A stretch of 64,000 nt of DNA from a virus (taxonomy: Duplodnaviria > Caudoviricetes), in IMG/VR virus record IMGVR_UViG_3300006153_000003. One strand, 5' to 3'. The notes beneath the pieces were generated by a model. The model ran no database searches. It saw only the letters and a program-made list of their open reading frames with translations, and had not been told where the DNA came from. Each line of letters opens with the position of its first letter. Positions within the stretch are counted from its first letter, which is position 1. The position numbers and the translations under genes were made by a program. Of this stretch, positions 60,117-64,000 are shown in pieces.

Positions 60117-61141
60117 ATCTCTCCCTTCACAATTCTCTCATTTACATACATCTTAAACTCGTTAATTCTTTTATGATCTGGCACATCAGGAAGAGAAGTA
60201 TTATTTTTCGCATAATCAAATTTCCTTTCATACTCATTCAGCAAATCGTAAAATGCAGTAGTTGGTTGCCTGTTTTCATCTAAATACTCACCGTTACGTA
60301 TACTCATAAGCAAGTCATGCTCATCCGCCCTATATGTGATAATTTCTTCTTTTTCAAGAATATCAATACACATCATATAAAGCCGGATCAAATGGGCCAT
60401 ATGTTTTCCCAACTTGTCATGCGATATTGCTTTTTCATTTCGTTTGCCGATTTTGTTATAACTGCTTACAATCGCCTTCATTTCATTCCACATACCAGCC
60501 CAGTCTCTCAGTGGATAATGTTTCAAACATACATCCATGAAAATCTCACTGTCATATCCTTCTTGAACTGCTGTATCAATATATAGTTTTACATCACTAT
60601 CATCATGCGGATAATACCTGTTTTTAAAATCGTATTTTGCGTTATTGATGCTTTTTAGAATATATTCTTCATTCTGTGCCTGACCTACCAACCTTGCAGC
60701 TTTATTTTCCATTCTACGGAGTTGGCTGCCGGCATACCCTCCAAATGTATGAATGCAGACTTTAGACAAAAACATTTTTCTATTCTCTAAAAGCTCTTTT
60801 CCAATATTTGATAAATGTAAATAATGCTCCGGCTTGCAACCCAAAATTTCCACCGTGTTAGGGTTGTTGGACGTAAGTAATTGGATCATTTTGTTAAATG
60901 AATATATTGTAGTGTCGGTATCTACATTTACAACCTGCTCAAAATCTGTTCCTAACAGAACATCTTTCTTAGTATTTAAAGCAATCCCTCGCACATCCAA
61001 GTCAGATCCTTCTTTATCCATCCCATAAGCATGACTTCCTCCAAGAGTTAAGAGAATAATATTATCACCCAAATTCTTATCCTCTCTCAGGAAATCATAT
61101 TCACTTGTTTTTAATTTTTCTTTAATCTGTTCAATATTCAT
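60113..61141 (-). CDS. RlaP-like nucleotidyltransferase (Pol beta superfamily)
   Basis: GGSHAYG...SDLDVRG, NPNTVEIL and KHMAHLIRL motifs. Confidence 0.85.
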   Translation of the reverse strand: MNIEQIKEKLKTSEYDFLREDKNLGDNIILLTLGGSHAYGMDKEGSDLDVRGIALNTKKDVLLGTDFEQVVNVDTDTTIYSFNKMIQLLTSNNPNTVEILGCKPEHYLHLSNIGKELLENRKMFLSKVCIHTFGGYAGSQLRRMENKAARLVGQAQNEEYILKSINNAKYDFKNRYYPHDDSDVKLYIDTAVQEGYDSEIFMDVCLKHYPLRDWAGMWNEMKAIVSSYNKIGKRNEKAISHDKLGKHMAHLIRLYMMCIDILEKEEIITYRADEHDLLMSIRNGEYLDENRQPTTAFYDLLNEYERKFDYAKNNTSLPDVPDHKRINEFKMYVNERIVKGEI

Positions 61142-61158
61142 TCTCTCAACTCCCTCTT

Positions 61159-61542
61159 CTATCTACATTCTTCAAATACAATAACTTTAAACACAAGTTT
61201 GAACTGTAAATCTTTTTTAATTATACCAATTTTCTGAAGTTTCACCAACTCAGTTTCTATATATCCATGACATTTTTCTATATCAGAAATATTAAACATT
61301 TCTGTATTAAAGCTATATTCATCACCAGAAGCCAAAACATATCCAAAATATAAATAGGAATCATTCATCGGATCATCAAAAAATTGAATTTCTCCTTTTC
61401 TCTGGTTACAAATATAATTTTCCCCTTCTTTTGACCACTTCCAATCCGCAAACTTATCTGTTTCACATCCGGTCAAATCATAACCGGCTACAACATAATA
61501 ACTACTTTCTATGCTCATTTTTTTCCTCCCAATGAAATGCAA
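61159..61542 (-). CDS. Hypothetical phage protein (probable start at MSIESS)
   Basis: GGGAGG RBS before the internal Met. Confidence 0.6.
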   Translation of the reverse strand: MHFIGRKKMSIESSYYVVAGYDLTGCETDKFADWKWSKEGENYICNQRKGEIQFFDDPMNDSYLYFGYVLASGDEYSFNTEMFNISDIEKCHGYIETELVKLQKIGIIKKDLQFKLVFKVIVFEECR

Positions 61543-61825
61543 GATTTATCCAATAAGACCATTTTTCTTTCGGTGTTCAAAACTACCCATGTGACAACCA
61601 TGATTATGACATACAGAAAAAATATTCATTAGTGGATATTTATAAATACATTTTCCTTACCTAACACATAACATTTCTCCCTTTGTGTAAACATTATCAC
61701 ATTCAATTTGTTTCGGTTTTGCAACATCTTTAAAAATTATTTCAACTTGCATTATATTTCTCCCTTCATATAATCATCATTGATTTTTTGATTATTTTAA
61801 TCAAAGAAATGAATCGTGTGTTCTA

Positions 61826-62329
61826 TTATTTCTTCTCTACCACCAAACTATTTTTCTGCACTGCTGTAATTACATTCGATAATTCATCATCTCTTACTTC
61901 TATTTTCTGTTTAATTTTACCATCTGAATTATATCTGCCACGCATAGCAGCACCAACAGCTATGTAATTGTCTTTTGTAACTGTTGTAATCGTGTTACAT
62001 AGTCCATCAGTCCTAAGAGTATACTCACGCATATTACATCTGCGTTCTTTAATTTTACCTGCCTCATAGTCTTTTCTGATTTGCTTTGCATATTCTGTTC
62101 TCTGATATTTGAGTGCTGCGGGAAGAACATTGTTTTCAACAGCATATAAATAACTATATCCACCAGCATTTCCTAATGGCTGTGCCGTTAAACACATTGC
62201 TATTGCATTTGCATCATATACACGATTTCCCTGGCGATACTGTTTACCAAAATTAATTTCTCCAATACCGCCTAATAAAATTGGTTTATGTTCACCACAA
62301 GTAGATTCTATTCCACTTGTGGCTTGGTA
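61826..62329 (-). CDS. -1-frame extension of the C5 methyltransferase (extra TRD-like repeats)
   Basis: Open frame from the slippery site to 61826; QGNRVYD..AIAMCLTA and CNTITT segments resemble repeats in the upstream gene. Confidence 0.7.
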   Translation of the reverse strand, partial: YQATSGIESTCGEHKPILLGGIGEINFGKQYRQGNRVYDANAIAMCLTAQPLGNAGGYSYLYAVENNVLPAALKYQRTEYAKQIRKDYEAGKIKERRCNMREYTLRTDGLCNTITTVTKDNYIAVGAAMRGRYNSDGKIKQKIEVRDDELSNVITAVQKNSLVVEKK

Positions 62330-62335
62330 AAATTT
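62295..62335 (-). other. Programmed -1 ribosomal frameshift signal
   Basis: A_AAT_TTT heptamer, 6-nt spacer, 11-bp hairpin CCACAAGTGGA / TCTACTTGTGG. Confidence 0.75.
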
Positions 62336-63915
62336 CCTATGTTTATACTCTCATATAGCCTATTTAATGCATATTCAAATGCGCCAATTCCTGAAAAGAA
62401 ACTACTTAGTTTTAAGTTATCAAATAGATATGGCATTGCCTTATATAATTCAACAAATATATAATATAAAACGTCTACAACTATAGAATTACCTGCCTGC
62501 TTATAGAGCTGACTGTTACTTACATTTTTACTTGCTGATTCGTAAGCAGAATCCGCAAATCCCATTAATCGAAAACATTCTTTTGGAGTCAATTTACGAA
62601 TTCTAATTTGCTCTTTTACGAAGTTATTACATTCCCAACTATGTGAAGATAATGTAGGACAAATATCATGTTCTCCACCTTTATTAAAACCCCTTGGCTT
62701 TTGAATTATTGTCTTGTCATCAGTTTCTTTAACCTCTGATACAAGCTGTCTTCTGTGCTTGTCAACATATTGTTCTATTGTCGTTCCTTTATAATAGTTT
62801 GCATCTAGGCAGTAACTATAATCTGGTGTCTCCAAAACGGCAGTACCTTCCGATTTTCTATTACTGATACCACGATCCTCCCTGGCTGTAACACAATTTG
62901 CGTACTCAATCTGTTTTGTATCGTTTATACTTTTATCAATACCACAAATAATCTTAGGTTCATGACTACCGCCACCACACGTATTTAATGTTGGAGAACA
63001 ACCATCAGAATCATAAATTCTTCCCACCTGCGGATTCTTCCAATTTCCATCACAATCAGAAATATTTCCCACTTGTTTTACCACATTTTCATTTACCAAC
63101 CTGGGGTCTTTATAATCTCTTGAATTAAGAGTTGGGCAGTAATCATTATACTCTCTTGATTTACCTTCTCTTTTTACCTGACACGGATCATACAAAAGTG
63201 AATCATTGCTATTTAGACTTGTCAAAAACCTCTGTACTTTATCATTAGAAATATAATATTTTTCATCCACTTCATCTTCCAAAACATCTTTTAATCGAAT
63301 TCCATTATCAAATCTTTCGGGAAATACAAATTTACCATTGTCTAGGTCTTTTTTAATAAAAATAAGATAAACTCGCTCTCTGTTCTGAGGAACCCCATAA
63401 TCCTTTGCATTCAGTACTTTCCAATATGTATTGTATCCATACTCATGTAGCTCATCTTCAAATAGCCTAAATGTAGTATCTCTAAACTGCTTTCCTACAA
63501 TATTTTTAACATTCTCATACATTCCAAAATTCGGCTTATTTGCTCGAATCACTCTCAAATATTCAACAAGCAATGATGATCTTGTCTTTTCGATATTCTC
63601 ACTACTACAATTTGGACATTTATTCCTCTGACTCCAATGTACGGTTAGTGGATTATATCCATGTCCGCAATCTTTACAAGTCCACACTGATCCTTTTTGT
63701 TTACCGGCCACACTGAAATCCTGACAAGGACTGCCTCCACAAATCATATTAAAATCTTTTAATTTCGTTTCATCAACCTTAGTAATATCATCAAGATTCA
63801 AATTTTCATCTACTCCGTGAATTGCACAGTAGCTTTTAACTGCATACTTATCAAATTCACAAAAATTTACCAGTTCCCAATTTTTTCTTAAACTAAATCT
63901 TTCAATGGGAGTCAT
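62308..63915 (-). CDS. dcm: DNA cytosine-C5 methyltransferase, circularly permuted
   Basis: GGSPCQDFS, ENV, PQNRER, RKLTPKEC and QAGNS motifs; motif I FFSGIGAFE at the C-terminus. Confidence 0.92.
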   Translation of the reverse strand: MTPIERFSLRKNWELVNFCEFDKYAVKSYCAIHGVDENLNLDDITKVDETKLKDFNMICGGSPCQDFSVAGKQKGSVWTCKDCGHGYNPLTVHWSQRNKCPNCSSENIEKTRSSLLVEYLRVIRANKPNFGMYENVKNIVGKQFRDTTFRLFEDELHEYGYNTYWKVLNAKDYGVPQNRERVYLIFIKKDLDNGKFVFPERFDNGIRLKDVLEDEVDEKYYISNDKVQRFLTSLNSNDSLLYDPCQVKREGKSREYNDYCPTLNSRDYKDPRLVNENVVKQVGNISDCDGNWKNPQVGRIYDSDGCSPTLNTCGGGSHEPKIICGIDKSINDTKQIEYANCVTAREDRGISNRKSEGTAVLETPDYSYCLDANYYKGTTIEQYVDKHRRQLVSEVKETDDKTIIQKPRGFNKGGEHDICPTLSSHSWECNNFVKEQIRIRKLTPKECFRLMGFADSAYESASKNVSNSQLYKQAGNSIVVDVLYYIFVELYKAMPYLFDNLKLSSFFSGIGAFEYALNRLYESINIGNFTKPQVE

Positions 63916-63948
63916 GAACCCATGAAAGATTCACAAATAACAAATTAG

Positions 63949-64000
63949 AGAAAGGATATAACAAGTAATTCCGGATAAATTAGCGTTGCAACGCCTTGTA
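63949..64000 (-). promoter_or_regulatory. Structured leader E4 (truncated by the window edge)
   Basis: Anti-SD arm TCCTTTCT with palindromes GCGTTGCAACGC and TCCGGA. Confidence 0.55.

Larger units (their letters stand above)
1..64000. mobile_element. Large temperate SPbeta-like phage of Clostridia (partial genome, attP configuration)
   Basis: Endolysin, attP, Int/Xis, phage nucleotide-metabolism genes and a DnaE-RecJ-primase-helicase block in SPbeta-like order; dense co-oriented small ORFs; no host housekeeping operons. Confidence 0.92.

Noticed and set aside
11416-63631. Many short ORFs antisense to or nested in long genes
   Set aside because: They are shadow frames of well-supported genes, with no RBS or recognisable motifs.

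Overview
The whole 64 kb window looks like part of a large temperate, SPbeta-like phage of a low-GC Clostridia host, probably Lachnospiraceae. It appears to be captured in the excised (attP) configuration. From left to right it holds: the end of the tail/lysis arm (an AT-rich cargo gene, a tyrosine recombinase with start-less tail-fibre-tip cassettes that look like a shufflon, and an amidase endolysin); attP (3' half of tRNA-Thr(CGT) between two triplets of 11-bp arm repeats); integrase and excisionase; and then a long minus-strand early region. That region contains nucleotide metabolism genes (dut, nrdG, intein-containing nrdD, gmk, thyX), ligA, an SPbeta-type replication block (RecD2, DnaE, RecJ, primase, helicase, AAA ATPase, SSB-like) and an accessory zone. 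The accessory zone carries DNA-modification genes, a sigma factor, a P-type ATPase/vWA/TerD/PspA module and an RNA-repair cluster. An IS4 element and a 102-bp MITE are inserted. The strongest unexplained signals are: (1) an 18-bp WTRAAW-N6-WTTYAW motif sitting at junctions of accessory genes, suggesting an integron-like cassette system; (2) a family of leader elements with a sequestered Shine-Dalgarno (SD) and internal palindromes ahead of all four SAM-dependent enzyme genes; (3) a canonical -1 frameshift signal extending a circularly permuted C5 methyltransferase; (4) the tail-fibre shufflon; (5) the phage-borne Ca2+-ATPase/Ter module. All calls come from manual motif reading, with no database searches.
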